From a virus, in IMG/VR virus record IMGVR_UViG_3300025158_000005: DNA of 64,000 nt; one strand, given 5' to 3'. The position numbers and the translations under genes are program-made. Positions 26,259 through 37,100 of the stretch are shown here, one piece after another. The first letter of the stretch is position 1. Every line of letters begins with the position of its first letter. The notes below the pieces were generated by a model. The model worked only from the letters and a program-made list of their open reading frames with translations, was not told the origin of the DNA and made no database searches.

Positions 26259-28040
26259 ATGACACAAATACAAGTTACCTCGTTAGATTTCCCTACGATC
26301 AAGGCGAATCTTATTGCCTTCATGAAGCAGAATCCAACGTTTTCGGATTATGACTTTACAGCATCTGGCCTGAATTTCCTCACAGATGTCCTTGCGTACA
26401 ACACCTCATATAATGCCGTTCTTGCTAACTTTGTGGCTAACGAATCATTTTTGGACTCTGCTGTAAAACGTTCCTCTGTTATCTCTCATGCTCTAGCCCT
26501 TGGATATCATTCTAAGGGACACGTTGGTGCTCGTGCAAAGATCAATATCACCATCAGTACAGTAAACGGCGCTTCCCTAAACAATTTCATCATTCGACGT
26601 GGTGCTCAGTTCACTTGTAATATCAATGGGCAGCCATATTCATTTGTTACCGTGAAAGACGAAACGGCTGCATTGATCGACGGCAAGTATAGTTTCTATA
26701 ACGTCGAAATCGTAGAAGGCACGTATAATACGTTCTCGTGGTATGCAGGTGCGACTGGTTCATTCTATACGATTCCTAATCCAAAGGTTGACACCAGCAC
26801 GATTATGGTTCAAACGTATGCTACTACTAACTCTGTGCTACCAACGAATTGGCAATTATCGACCACTTTATACGATCTAACTTCCACATCCAAGGCTTTC
26901 TTTACCCAAGAGCAAGCGGGTTACACTACCCAGATTTACTTCGGTAACGGTACGATTGGCGCGACACCTGATTCCGGTTCTGTTATCAGAATTGAATATG
27001 TAACGTGTAATGGTTCTGCTGGCAACGGCGCGAATACGTTTACACCTGTTGGAAGCATACTGAATAACAGTGACCCTAACGTGTATGCTGTAGGGTATAG
27101 TATAAGCACTGTCATTGGTTCCATGGGTGGTGTTGATCCAGAATCTGTTGACTCTATCAAGTATAACGCATCTAAACATTTCACGGTACAAAATCGTGCT
27201 GTCACCGCTTATGATTATGCATCGATTATTCGTGAGGGATTCAATAACGTTGGTGCGATCAAGGTCTGGGGCGGAGAAGATAACGTACCTCCACAATATA
27301 ACTCTGTGATGATCTGCATCAAGCCAAGCACACCTTACCAAAACGTGTTGACAATCGCCGAAAAGAACGAAATCGCGTCCTCACTCAAGGGCACCAGTAT
27401 CATGAATATTCGACCAGTCTTCGTTGATCCAGAATATGTGAACGTGTTGGTCAATACTAGCGTAACATATAATCCGTCTGCACTACCACAGGGGGCTAAT
27501 CTAACCTCTTCGATTGTCCAAGCAATTACGAATTATTCGACTACCCAACTTGAACAGTTCAATAATACTCTAGCCTATTCTACCTTGGTTGGTGTTATCA
27601 ATAATGCATCATCAGCTATCACTAGTAACCTAACGAGTATATCACTGTATAAGACAATCGCGCCTCAATTGGGTAAGAGTATGACATATCAAATCAGTTT
27701 CATGAACGGATTATTAAATACCGACGGATACATTTCGTCTAGCTCATTCACTGTTATCGGTGTTCAGAATCTGGTTACGCTTGAGAATCGCGGTTCTGAT
27801 ATGGTTCTAGTCTCCGTGGATTATGTTGGCAAGAAGACTGTAATGAGTACCGTTGGAACGATTGATTACGTCAACGGATTCATTACGTTGAATGCAATCA
27901 ACATTACATCGTTCACTAACGTCAACGGCGGAATTCAAATCAATGCAACTCCGTTGGTCAATGACGTTCAATCACAACAAAATAACGTAATTAGAATCAA
28001 CACACAAGACGTAAACGTTTCACTTATCTCCGGAAACTAA
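26259..28040 (+). CDS. 6: baseplate wedge protein gp6
   Basis: LDF..IK.NL, FSDYDF..SGL, LAYNT.YN, NESFLDSA, QNRAVT..DY, VWGGE.N.PP. Confidence 0.95.
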   Translation: MTQIQVTSLDFPTIKANLIAFMKQNPTFSDYDFTASGLNFLTDVLAYNTSYNAVLANFVANESFLDSAVKRSSVISHALALGYHSKGHVGARAKINITISTVNGASLNNFIIRRGAQFTCNINGQPYSFVTVKDETAALIDGKYSFYNVEIVEGTYNTFSWYAGATGSFYTIPNPKVDTSTIMVQTYATTNSVLPTNWQLSTTLYDLTSTSKAFFTQEQAGYTTQIYFGNGTIGATPDSGSVIRIEYVTCNGSAGNGANTFTPVGSILNNSDPNVYAVGYSISTVIGSMGGVDPESVDSIKYNASKHFTVQNRAVTAYDYASIIREGFNNVGAIKVWGGEDNVPPQYNSVMICIKPSTPYQNVLTIAEKNEIASSLKGTSIMNIRPVFVDPEYVNVLVNTSVTYNPSALPQGANLTSSIVQAITNYSTTQLEQFNNTLAYSTLVGVINNASSAITSNLTSISLYKTIAPQLGKSMTYQISFMNGLLNTDGYISSSSFTVIGVQNLVTLENRGSDMVLVSVDYVGKKTVMSTVGTIDYVNGFITLNAINITSFTNVNGGIQINATPLVNDVQSQQNNVIRINTQDVNVSLISGN

Positions 28041-28045
28041 TTCCC

Positions 28046-31000
28046 ATGACGCTATCCGTAAGACCAAAAGTTTCTACGCTTGTCAAATATCAAGTTCCTG
28101 AGGCATTCAGAGACAATAATCCGAACTTTGCCGAGTTCCTAGAACAGTATTATCGGTTTATGGATCAGAATACTGGAGCAGAGAGTTTCATTAGAGGTCT
28201 GCCTAATGAATTCGATCCAGACTCCGCGGATGAACAGTTTATTGCTATGATGAAGAAGCACGTATTCCCATACGTGTTGAATAACGTTTCGCCTATTATC
28301 TCCGATGCTGAGCTGATTAAGTTCATCCGTGAGTTATACTTGATGAAGGGCACAGAGCCATCGTTCAAATACGTATTCGAGGTTCTATTCAACACCAAGG
28401 CGGAACTTGATTATGGTAGAAAATACGTTTTTAGATCATCAGACAACGACTACAATAATCTGTCATATATCATTCTGAATGATCCGAACAATAACAGTAT
28501 TTTGTTCTCCTTGTTGGGTAAGACGCTTGAGCAGAGTCAATCATCCGCGGTTGTCGAAGACGTTCAACTGTATAATACAGGTATCACTGCCGGAAACTAT
28601 ACGGGCAATTTCGTAGAAGGAACCAATGTCATTTACAATGCGACCTCTGATGAATATACTATAGATGGTTACATTGATTCTGGATTCTCGATTGGTACGC
28701 TAAATGTCTCCGTGGGTGATATTGTTATCGCCCCTACTTGGTTGATTCCTGCTGACACTATCGTTATTGCCGTTCAGGGTAATACGATCACACTATCAAA
28801 TACTGTGCTAATGACACCCTCATCTAGGGTATCGTTTAGCACGTCAAAGTCGTATTACAAATGCATTCTGAACACAGAATCCATCATCAATACGTTCGAT
28901 GATAGGCTGCCAATTTATGCTTCATTCTTGGGTGTTCCGACCGCATTCAACATCATATCGTTAATCACAAATACCGTGGTGACTGATTCTGGTGCGTTGT
29001 ACTCACCTGGTCAGAAACTGAGTATAATTGGTGGTTCAGGAACAAACCTTGATCTAGAGGTGCATCAAGTATCTGCTGGATCGATTGATGGTGTCAACAT
29101 TGCGGTAACAGGTTCCGGATATAGCGTCGGAGACAAGATCACGTTCACCCCCTCTGTTGACGAATTAGTGGTGCCTGCCGAGGCGACTGTTACCGCTGTT
29201 GATGGATTCGGATGTGAAGTGTCCACGCTAATGAATATTGACACAATCACGATTAGTGATCCTGGTTGGAACTATCAGCTCGGCGATCACGTTAACCTTG
29301 ATATCTACGATCATACTGGGCTACCAGTGACTGCTACCGTTGCGTCTGTTTCTTCCGGGCAATTGACCAACGTTAGAGTAACTTCCGGGGGTCATGGATA
29401 CCAATACGCCCGCGCCTTATTCTATATCGATTCGACACATTATTACACCACGTCTTGCGTATTGGACGGCACGGCCATAAAGTCTGTAGCAATACCAAGC
29501 ACTTCGATTACCGCGACTCCAACGCTTTACATCAATGGCTCCGGTGCATCAGGAAACATGACTGTTTCTGGATCAACAATTACGTGGAGCATTACCTCTG
29601 GTGGATTCAATTACGCTGATCCCGTTCTATCCTTGTCTGTTACCGGAGTAACTCCACAATTTAACTTCACGTCGAATGCCAAGGGAACGATTACCGATAT
29701 CACTACGTCCGGAGCATTCTCTATTCCTAACGGAACCTATCCGTTCACAGTAGTAGAACGATATGGCTCGGGTGCAGATGTTATCCCTGAAATGGGTGGA
29801 AGATTGACGGGAATAACCGTAACAGGTACTCCGCTACTGAGTTCCGGCAAACAAACATCATATCTAACATCAACTTCCGGTGTTGGTGTTCAGGGTGCGT
29901 TGAATATGACGTATAAGTTCCATTCTGTTGGTGTTACCTCACCTGGGCGTGGATATGATACACCAACGCTGTCCGTCGTTGGTGGCACTGGCTCTGGATT
30001 GAAACTGCGTTTTGCTGTTGATGTTACAGGAGCAATCACTGGAGTCTATGTCGATAACTCGGGTTCTGGATATCCGCAATCATCAACGATCACGCTTACT
30101 GATCCAGCAGGGTCAAGCGGCAGTCTATCGCTAAACATAAACGATTATGGGCAAGTCACTTCCGTGAATGTTGCCGCATCCGGCACAGGATACTCCGAAA
30201 ACAGTTCATTCTCTGTGACCACTGGGCAACTACCTCTGGTTGCAACCGTCAATTCTCTTAATGGTTCGATTACATCTATATCAATATCAAACAATGGCGA
30301 TTATTATACTAGCGTTCCTACTGTCTCTGTTGTGGACGATACTCCTGGTTCATATCTCGTAAACAACTGTCAACTAGCACAGGGTTCTACGTTAGTGTCC
30401 ACAACCAACTCGTTCTCAATGGTAAAGCCTGGGCATGAGGTATTCTATATCTCTGGAGGCAGTGTCCTGTTTTATGCTACGGTTGTTTCTGTTACCGATA
30501 GTCAGAATATCGTTATTGATACACCCGCGTATGATAACGCTTGGTCTAACGTACAACTAGAATTCACTGTTCAACGTGGCAAGATTTCACAGGTGACTGT
30601 GACGAATCCTGGGCTTGGATATCATTATCTACCTCTTGTAACTGCGCCCGCTATTCCGTCAACAAGCGTTGCGGGTACACCGACGTATCGCAGACAAGCG
30701 AAATTGACTGCGTTGAGTTCAAGCATCGGCGGTATCCTATCGGTAAAGATCGTTGATTCTGGCGTGAACTATGAAGAAACTCCTATACTTGCGACTCCTA
30801 TATCAGGTATAACAAATGAACTTGCTCAACAATTTCAACTGGGTGAACTGGTTTTTGATAGTAACTGGTCTTATACTGATACAACTAACTACTCTGACGG
30901 TCCTCATGCTCGTGTATATGCATTTGACGGAGCTAAAAATCTTCTTCAACTGGATAATGCAACGGATCAGTTCGATCTTTTCACAGAAAACAACATCGAA

Positions 31001-31999
31001 ATAGTAGCTGAGGACGGTTCACTGATTATCCATGAACAGAGTTTCCCATTTGATACGAATACGATAATGAATGGGCAAAACTCTAACGCAACTGGAATGT
31101 TCCTGGTTATTCAACGCGGCAGCACCATCGCTCAAGCGGATGCTGTATGCTTCTCCAAGGAAGACTTCCAAAATAACTCAGGTATGTTGAGTGATCCAGC
31201 GATCAAACTGCATGATGGTAAGCGTATTCAGGATTATTCATATTACGTAAAGACATTCGAACAGATTGTGAACGGTCAAAAGAACGGCATGCAACTGCGC
31301 GACTATAAGGGCACGTTGACACAAATCGTTCACCCCGCTGGTTATAAGATGTGCGGTGACGTAATGTTGGAAGACTTCCAGAAGATCATATTCAACCTAT
31401 TCCGGAAATACGATAAGAACGGTAACGCTGTTGGTACTGGTATCATTCTGTCATTTGTGTTGGATACGATGATGATGTTTACTGCAACTAACTATAACGC
31501 ATTGAATTCAAACGGCAATCTGCTGCGTAGACAATTTGAAATCATTCTGGAGCATTACGTTTCTGTTATCAATTCTGTTGATATGAACGAAGTTGGTGTA
31601 TATGGGCAATTTAAGCGACATATGATCGAATTGATGAGGTCTATGGCAGTCACGTTCGCTCCAACGCGATCAACGACACACGGCACTGGAATAAACATCT
31701 ATCTTGATATTCTGTATCCGTTTGGGTTTAAACCAAGTGAACTAGAACGTGCCAAGTACAAGTTTAAACCTTATGCTGGTATGGCTGAACAGATGGATGT
31801 TCTTTCTCTGTGGACTGGATTCTCTTACGTGAACGATATCAATTATTATGGCGCAAACTCAACGTATTGGAACTATCCAAACACAACGATTGGTAATTTC
31901 AAGTACGTAACGATTAATGAGATAATAAATAATCACTGGGCCAATCATAATAATCAAGCATACGTTCTTGACTCATACATGACAATCGCCAAACTATAA
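28046..31999 (+). CDS. baseplate wedge initiator gp7-like
   Basis: QVPE..R...P.F.EFLEQYY.F, IRELY..KGTE.S, QDYSY.VK, VHPAG; inserted GSGY beta repeats. Confidence 0.8.
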   Translation: MTLSVRPKVSTLVKYQVPEAFRDNNPNFAEFLEQYYRFMDQNTGAESFIRGLPNEFDPDSADEQFIAMMKKHVFPYVLNNVSPIISDAELIKFIRELYLMKGTEPSFKYVFEVLFNTKAELDYGRKYVFRSSDNDYNNLSYIILNDPNNNSILFSLLGKTLEQSQSSAVVEDVQLYNTGITAGNYTGNFVEGTNVIYNATSDEYTIDGYIDSGFSIGTLNVSVGDIVIAPTWLIPADTIVIAVQGNTITLSNTVLMTPSSRVSFSTSKSYYKCILNTESIINTFDDRLPIYASFLGVPTAFNIISLITNTVVTDSGALYSPGQKLSIIGGSGTNLDLEVHQVSAGSIDGVNIAVTGSGYSVGDKITFTPSVDELVVPAEATVTAVDGFGCEVSTLMNIDTITISDPGWNYQLGDHVNLDIYDHTGLPVTATVASVSSGQLTNVRVTSGGHGYQYARALFYIDSTHYYTTSCVLDGTAIKSVAIPSTSITATPTLYINGSGASGNMTVSGSTITWSITSGGFNYADPVLSLSVTGVTPQFNFTSNAKGTITDITTSGAFSIPNGTYPFTVVERYGSGADVIPEMGGRLTGITVTGTPLLSSGKQTSYLTSTSGVGVQGALNMTYKFHSVGVTSPGRGYDTPTLSVVGGTGSGLKLRFAVDVTGAITGVYVDNSGSGYPQSSTITLTDPAGSSGSLSLNINDYGQVTSVNVAASGTGYSENSSFSVTTGQLPLVATVNSLNGSITSISISNNGDYYTSVPTVSVVDDTPGSYLVNNCQLAQGSTLVSTTNSFSMVKPGHEVFYISGGSVLFYATVVSVTDSQNIVIDTPAYDNAWSNVQLEFTVQRGKISQVTVTNPGLGYHYLPLVTAPAIPSTSVAGTPTYRRQAKLTALSSSIGGILSVKIVDSGVNYEETPILATPISGITNELAQQFQLGELVFDSNWSYTDTTNYSDGPHARVYAFDGAKNLLQLDNATDQFDLFTENNIEIVAEDGSLIIHEQSFPFDTNTIMNGQNSNATGMFLVIQRGSTIAQADAVCFSKEDFQNNSGMLSDPAIKLHDGKRIQDYSYYVKTFEQIVNGQKNGMQLRDYKGTLTQIVHPAGYKMCGDVMLEDFQKIIFNLFRKYDKNGNAVGTGIILSFVLDTMMMFTATNYNALNSNGNLLRRQFEIILEHYVSVINSVDMNEVGVYGQFKRHMIELMRSMAVTFAPTRSTTHGTGINIYLDILYPFGFKPSELERAKYKFKPYAGMAEQMDVLSLWTGFSYVNDINYYGANSTYWNYPNTTIGNFKYVTINEIINNHWANHNNQAYVLDSYMTIAKL

Positions 32000-32007
32000 G
32001 GTAAAGA

Positions 32008-32376
32008 ATGACAATTACATATCGTCAATCAAAAGGTTCTCCGCTATCATTCGCTGAAATGGACGAGAATCTTACGGAGCTGGCCGCGGGCATTCTACAT
32101 TGGGCAGTGAAAACTGGCGCAGTAACTGCGACTCATACGGATCAAATTGTGGCTGACGTAACGTCCGGTTCATTCACGATTACGCTTCCGGCAGCCCCAA
32201 CGAATAATCAATGGGTATCTGTCATGCTTTGGTTGGGTGGCACTACAAATACAGTAACCATCGATCCTGGTTCTGTAAAAATCATGGGTATAAACAGTAC
32301 CTTTGGCATGAGCACTGGAAATGCGGTCGTTACGTTAGTTTATATCGATTCAACTAAGGGATGGATTATCGCATGA
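32008..32376 (+). CDS. short fibre/adaptor structural protein
   Basis: KGSPLSFAEMDEN N-terminus plus a TLPAAP...IMG...Y...GW domain. Confidence 0.7.
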   Translation: MTITYRQSKGSPLSFAEMDENLTELAAGILHWAVKTGAVTATHTDQIVADVTSGSFTITLPAAPTNNQWVSVMLWLGGTTNTVTIDPGSVKIMGINSTFGMSTGNAVVTLVYIDSTKGWIIA

Positions 32377-32621
32377 GTCATAAAATAGAAGAATTTTTTA
32401 GAACGAGTTCCAGCGGCGGTGGAACAACTATGGGTGGTTCTGCGGGCATTGATATTGGTGGAATTATGTTTTCTCCTATCAACGATACTTACTTGATTAT
32501 AGGCGATAGGGAATATCTAAAGGTGGGAAGTCTCGTTGAGGATGATGGGGTTCGTATGTTGGAAAAAGAAACAATAATTGGCTCTGGTAGAGCATCACAA
32601 ATACTCTCAACCAGAGCATAA
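32373..32621 (+). pseudogene. deletion-fused remnant of fibre-tip and chaperone-like genes
   Basis: N-terminus MSHKIEEFF.. resembles 42734 MSTLSQFF; C-terminus LE...IGSGRASQIL resembles the end of 43744..44115. Confidence 0.5.
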
Positions 32622-32652
32622 ATACTAAGATATAAACAAGGAGTTTTACACA

Positions 32653-34092
32653 ATGAGTGCCATTATTACAAACAAATTTAGAGTGAAGAATGCTTCTTCA
32701 TTCATCGGCTCTACTGATTCATACTACATGTTCATCGGAAAGCCCGCCACATGGACCAGTGACTATGCTCCTGATACTCCTGTTGATAATATTGACAACG
32801 AAGCACAAATATGGAATGACATGATGGCTATGAAGAAGATCGATTCTTCAAACATGTCTCATGGTATCACTAAGCGCATGTGGACCTCCGGTCAATTCTA
32901 TGACATTTATCGTCATGATTATGGTTCAGTTGGCGTCACGGGTCTTGATATCAACACAGGAGCAGCAACTACTCCGGCTACTCTGTTCGATACAAATTAT
33001 TTTGTCGTTGATGGTGACTTTTCAATATGGATTTGTATAGCTAATCCTCATGGTGTTGCTAGTACAGTTGACCCTAGCACCATGACTCTAAATTCGACCA
33101 CAAAATTAACGTCAGGTTCAGCCGACGGTTACGTTTGGAAAAAGATCGCTGTTACTTCTGCGTCAGATATAATCAACTTTTCAACCTCTGATTTTCATCC
33201 AGTAAAAACTCTAACATCTGCTCCTCTTGCTGGTGATGTATATTATGAACAGTGGGGACTTCAAACAAGTTCTGCGGCAAATGCTGGTGCAATATTCAAT
33301 GTGGTAATTAATACTGCTGGTTCAGGATATGGTGCTAACCTATCAGGAAGCACGACCATTGCGAGCATCGTTGGTGATGGTACCGGAGCAACTGTTTCTG
33401 TTGACACCAACGGTTCTGGTGCGATTACTGCAATTAACGTAACCAACGTAGGCTCAGGATACACCTGGGCAAATGTCGTGTTGGGCGGTACCGGTACGCT
33501 TGCTACTGCAACCGCGATCATGACTCCTCTACTGGGTCTTGGTGCTGACCCAATCAATGATCTATGCGCTTCCAACGTTATCGTAAACGTGAAGTTCCAA
33601 TATGCAGATGGCAACGTGTTCACTGTACAAAATGATTATCGGCGCGTCGGGCTGGTTGTGAATCCTCTCCAATACGGTTCTTCAATTCTGTTGTCTTCCG
33701 CTGCCGCAACAACCATGACTACGATCAAGGTTACTGGCACCGTTGCGTTCCAGCCCGAGATGGTTGTGAAAGACTCGACGACCAATGCATATGGTTTTGT
33801 TGTTGACGTAACCGCAGGAACGGGTGGCGATGCAGATAAGACTATCGTTCGCGTAGTAAGAACCCGTACCGAAAATGCTCTCGTTGGAGCCAATGCTAAT
33901 GCATCATTCGGTGTTGGTAATACATTGACTGCCGTTTCTGGTGGTGTTGCCTCTGGTGTGATTGCTACCGCTGGTGTCGTATCTTCTGACGTTCAACCAT
34001 ACAGTGGTACATTGTGCTATGTTGAAAATCGTCGCCCAGTTATGCGTAGCGTTGACCAAGTCGAAAGCATCTCCGTAGTCTTTGAATGGTAA
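32653..34092 (+). CDS. 8: baseplate wedge protein gp8
   Basis: MSAIIT.KFR..NA, Y.FIGKP..W, MM.MKKI, DGYVWK, NDYRRVGLV.NP, SG...YVENR. Confidence 0.93.
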   Translation: MSAIITNKFRVKNASSFIGSTDSYYMFIGKPATWTSDYAPDTPVDNIDNEAQIWNDMMAMKKIDSSNMSHGITKRMWTSGQFYDIYRHDYGSVGVTGLDINTGAATTPATLFDTNYFVVDGDFSIWICIANPHGVASTVDPSTMTLNSTTKLTSGSADGYVWKKIAVTSASDIINFSTSDFHPVKTLTSAPLAGDVYYEQWGLQTSSAANAGAIFNVVINTAGSGYGANLSGSTTIASIVGDGTGATVSVDTNGSGAITAINVTNVGSGYTWANVVLGGTGTLATATAIMTPLLGLGADPINDLCASNVIVNVKFQYADGNVFTVQNDYRRVGLVVNPLQYGSSILLSSAAATTMTTIKVTGTVAFQPEMVVKDSTTNAYGFVVDVTAGTGGDADKTIVRVVRTRTENALVGANANASFGVGNTLTAVSGGVASGVIATAGVVSSDVQPYSGTLCYVENRRPVMRSVDQVESISVVFEW

Positions 34093-34098
34093 TAGCCA

Positions 34099-34125
34099 AG
34101 CGGGAGAACATAGGTTCTCCCTGCT
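34099..34125 (+). terminator. intergenic hairpin after gene 8 (terminator or processing stem)
   Basis: GGGAGAAC-ATAG-GTTCTCCC; no U-tract; abuts a TAAATA box. Confidence 0.5.
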
Positions 34126-34166
34126 AAATATTATCATAGTAACACCCATATAAAATCAGGAAATTC

Positions 34167-37100
34167 ATGACCACGAACTTCAATTTAAGTCCTTATTTCG
34201 ATGACTTTGCAGACTCAAACAACTACTATAAGGTACTGTTTCAGCCTTCGCGCCCTGTTCAAACTAGAGAACTAAACCAACTACAATCCATTCTACAGAA
34301 TCAAATTGCCAAGAACGGCGATTTCATGTTCAAGAATGGAGCGATGATCGTTCCTGGCCAAATATTCTTCGATAATACAGTCACTTATATCACTGTAAAC
34401 TCAGTAAACGGAGTCGGTGTTTCTGCTGACGTTCAATTGTCTTCTGCTGTTGGTAAGACTCTATCGAACGGTTCAACTACCACAGCAATCGTTGTGTTTA
34501 CGGAAGCAAGCACTGATGCTGATCTAACCACGTTGTTCATTCGTTATACAGGTGGTAACGGTACGTTCTCTGCTGGCGATACGTTAACAGCTACTGATTC
34601 GTCTGTTTCGTTCACCGTGTCCGCTGGAACCTCCGCTGTTCCTTATACAGGAACAGGTTCTATCGTTACGATCAATGATGGTGTCTACTACGTAAACGGA
34701 AACTTTGTCAACGTTTCCAAGCAAACTATTTCGCTTGACAAATATTCTAATACTCCTACGTGGACAGTCGGTCTGAACGTAGTTGAGACAATCGTTACCG
34801 CTAACGATGATTCAAGTCTATATGATAATGCTCTTGGATATCCCAACTACGGTGCACCTGGCGCAGACCGTTACAAGATCATGCTAACACTGGGTAAGAA
34901 GGATTACTCAACGACTCGGGTTACCGGTTCCGATCTTCAGTTTATCGATCTTCTTCAAGTTCAGAATGGTGTTATTACCTTTGAAGTAGATGACACCGCA
35001 TTCGCATCGTTTGAACGTATGATGGCAACCCGCACGTATGATGAAGCGGGAGACTTCTTGGTGAATCCGGTTACGTTCTCTGTGACGGACTATCGTTCGA
35101 ACAATCGTGGAAACTGGGCATCGAATACAGCATACCTCGTTGGTGACGTAGTAAAGACTGTGGATGGATCATACTGGGAAGCAAACTCGTCTGGTGTTTC
35201 AAGTACAACAGAGCCGACCACTCTAACGAATACCCAATGGGCTGTTACCGATGGCGACGTAAATTGGGCGTATACGAATACTCCAGTTTATAACAACGGT
35301 ATCAACGTTGATGGTAACACGGTTACCCTTGATACGATGCTTGCTAACGATCAACAAATGGTATACAAGGTGTCTCCAGGTTCTGGTTACATCAAGGGAT
35401 TCCGTGTTGTCAAGCAAGGTCCATCATTCGATGCAACAAGCAAAGCAACTGATCATGTTTATCAACCAGCAGAAATCGTTTCGATCAACGCTGGTAGCAA
35501 CATGCAGGTCACAAACGTATCTGGTATACCAGACATTCACACGTATGAACTACTAAATGTCTATTATACCCAACAAACGGAAACCTGGGCTTCCTTGAAG
35601 CGCACCGCAGTTGGTACATGCAACATCGTTGGCGGTGTCATTGTAAACTCAAGTATTCAACTAACAGACTATGGTTTCGGTTACGATCCACAGAATCCTC
35701 CTACCGTAACGATTACCTCTGGCTCACCATCGACTGCTGCCACGTTCAAGGTCAACATGAGTCTGGACGGGCAGATTCAATCAATCGTGGCAGTAAATGC
35801 CGGCGCAGGCTACACAAACGGAACTGGTCTTTCTCTAACGATTGATGCACCTGGCGCAAATGCTCCCGTTATCGGAACATGTCGTGTTCGCTCAATGGAA
35901 TATTCACAAGGAACAATCGGTATCAGTTCATGTGTATATGACGTTCAGGTATTTGATGTGAATCTGAACCCTGGTTATAACTTCCAAGAACATGCATTCT
36001 CCCTACAAAACGCATCTGGTTCGTTCAAGTGTGATATCAACCGCACTTACACAACGCTTCTTGGTACGGTAAGCATTACGTCCGGTTCGAAGTCTGTTTC
36101 TGGTGTGGGTACAAACTTCATGGCTTCCCTGAATCCTGGGCAGTTGATTCGGATCGGCGGTGCATATTACAATCGTGTTGGTATTGACAATTACTCTAAC
36201 GTAGCATTCACATCAAGCAACAACTTTACCGCCAGTCTTTCAAATACTCTGATTGAATTGGTGACGAACAGTTTTGTCTCGACAGGCGCATTGATTCAAT
36301 CGATGCCTAAGCCATTCGTGCGTAGTCTTCGTGCGGCTGATGATGCAACCTCTACGATGCAATATACCATAGTTCGTCATTACACGACCACAGTAACGTC
36401 AAATAACGCAACGATCACGCTATCGGTTCCAGGCGAAACGTTCACGAATCCTTTGACTACCGGAAACTATCTGGTTGCGATTCAGAATGGTGCAATCTAC
36501 ACGACCGCACAATACACCGTCACACGCACTTCAGACACACAAATAACAATCAACATTCCATCGTTGTCAAGTGGCACGATTGAAGTTCTGACAAAGATTA
36601 CTAAGAACGTCGGAGCGTCTAAGGAGAAGCAAAAGACTCTCAAGATTGGTACCTTGTCAATTACTAACGTGAGTCAGGTTGCTGCTTCTACGATTACCCT
36701 ACCTAACGCAGATATCTACCGTATCGTCAAGATCATGCAGTCAAACGGTATCGGTACCGTAACAGGTGGAAACTACCCGGCTTTCGTTGCCGCTAATGCA
36801 ACCGATCTAACGAATAACTACACGGTGTTTAACGGGCAAAATTCGTTCTACTACGATCTAGGTTCTATCACGTTGAACAAGGGAGCACAAGCACCTAACA
36901 ATACGTTGATGATCGTATATGAGTATTTCCAACATTCAGCGGGAGATTACTGTTCTGTTAACTCATATGGCAATCTTCCATATGAAAAGTTGACTCCGAT
37001 GCAAACGAATACAATTGACTTCCGCCCAGTAAACGGAACAACCGATTTCACTACCGGGCAGATTACCGAACCTCTTGTTTACGGTTCAGATTTTGTGACC

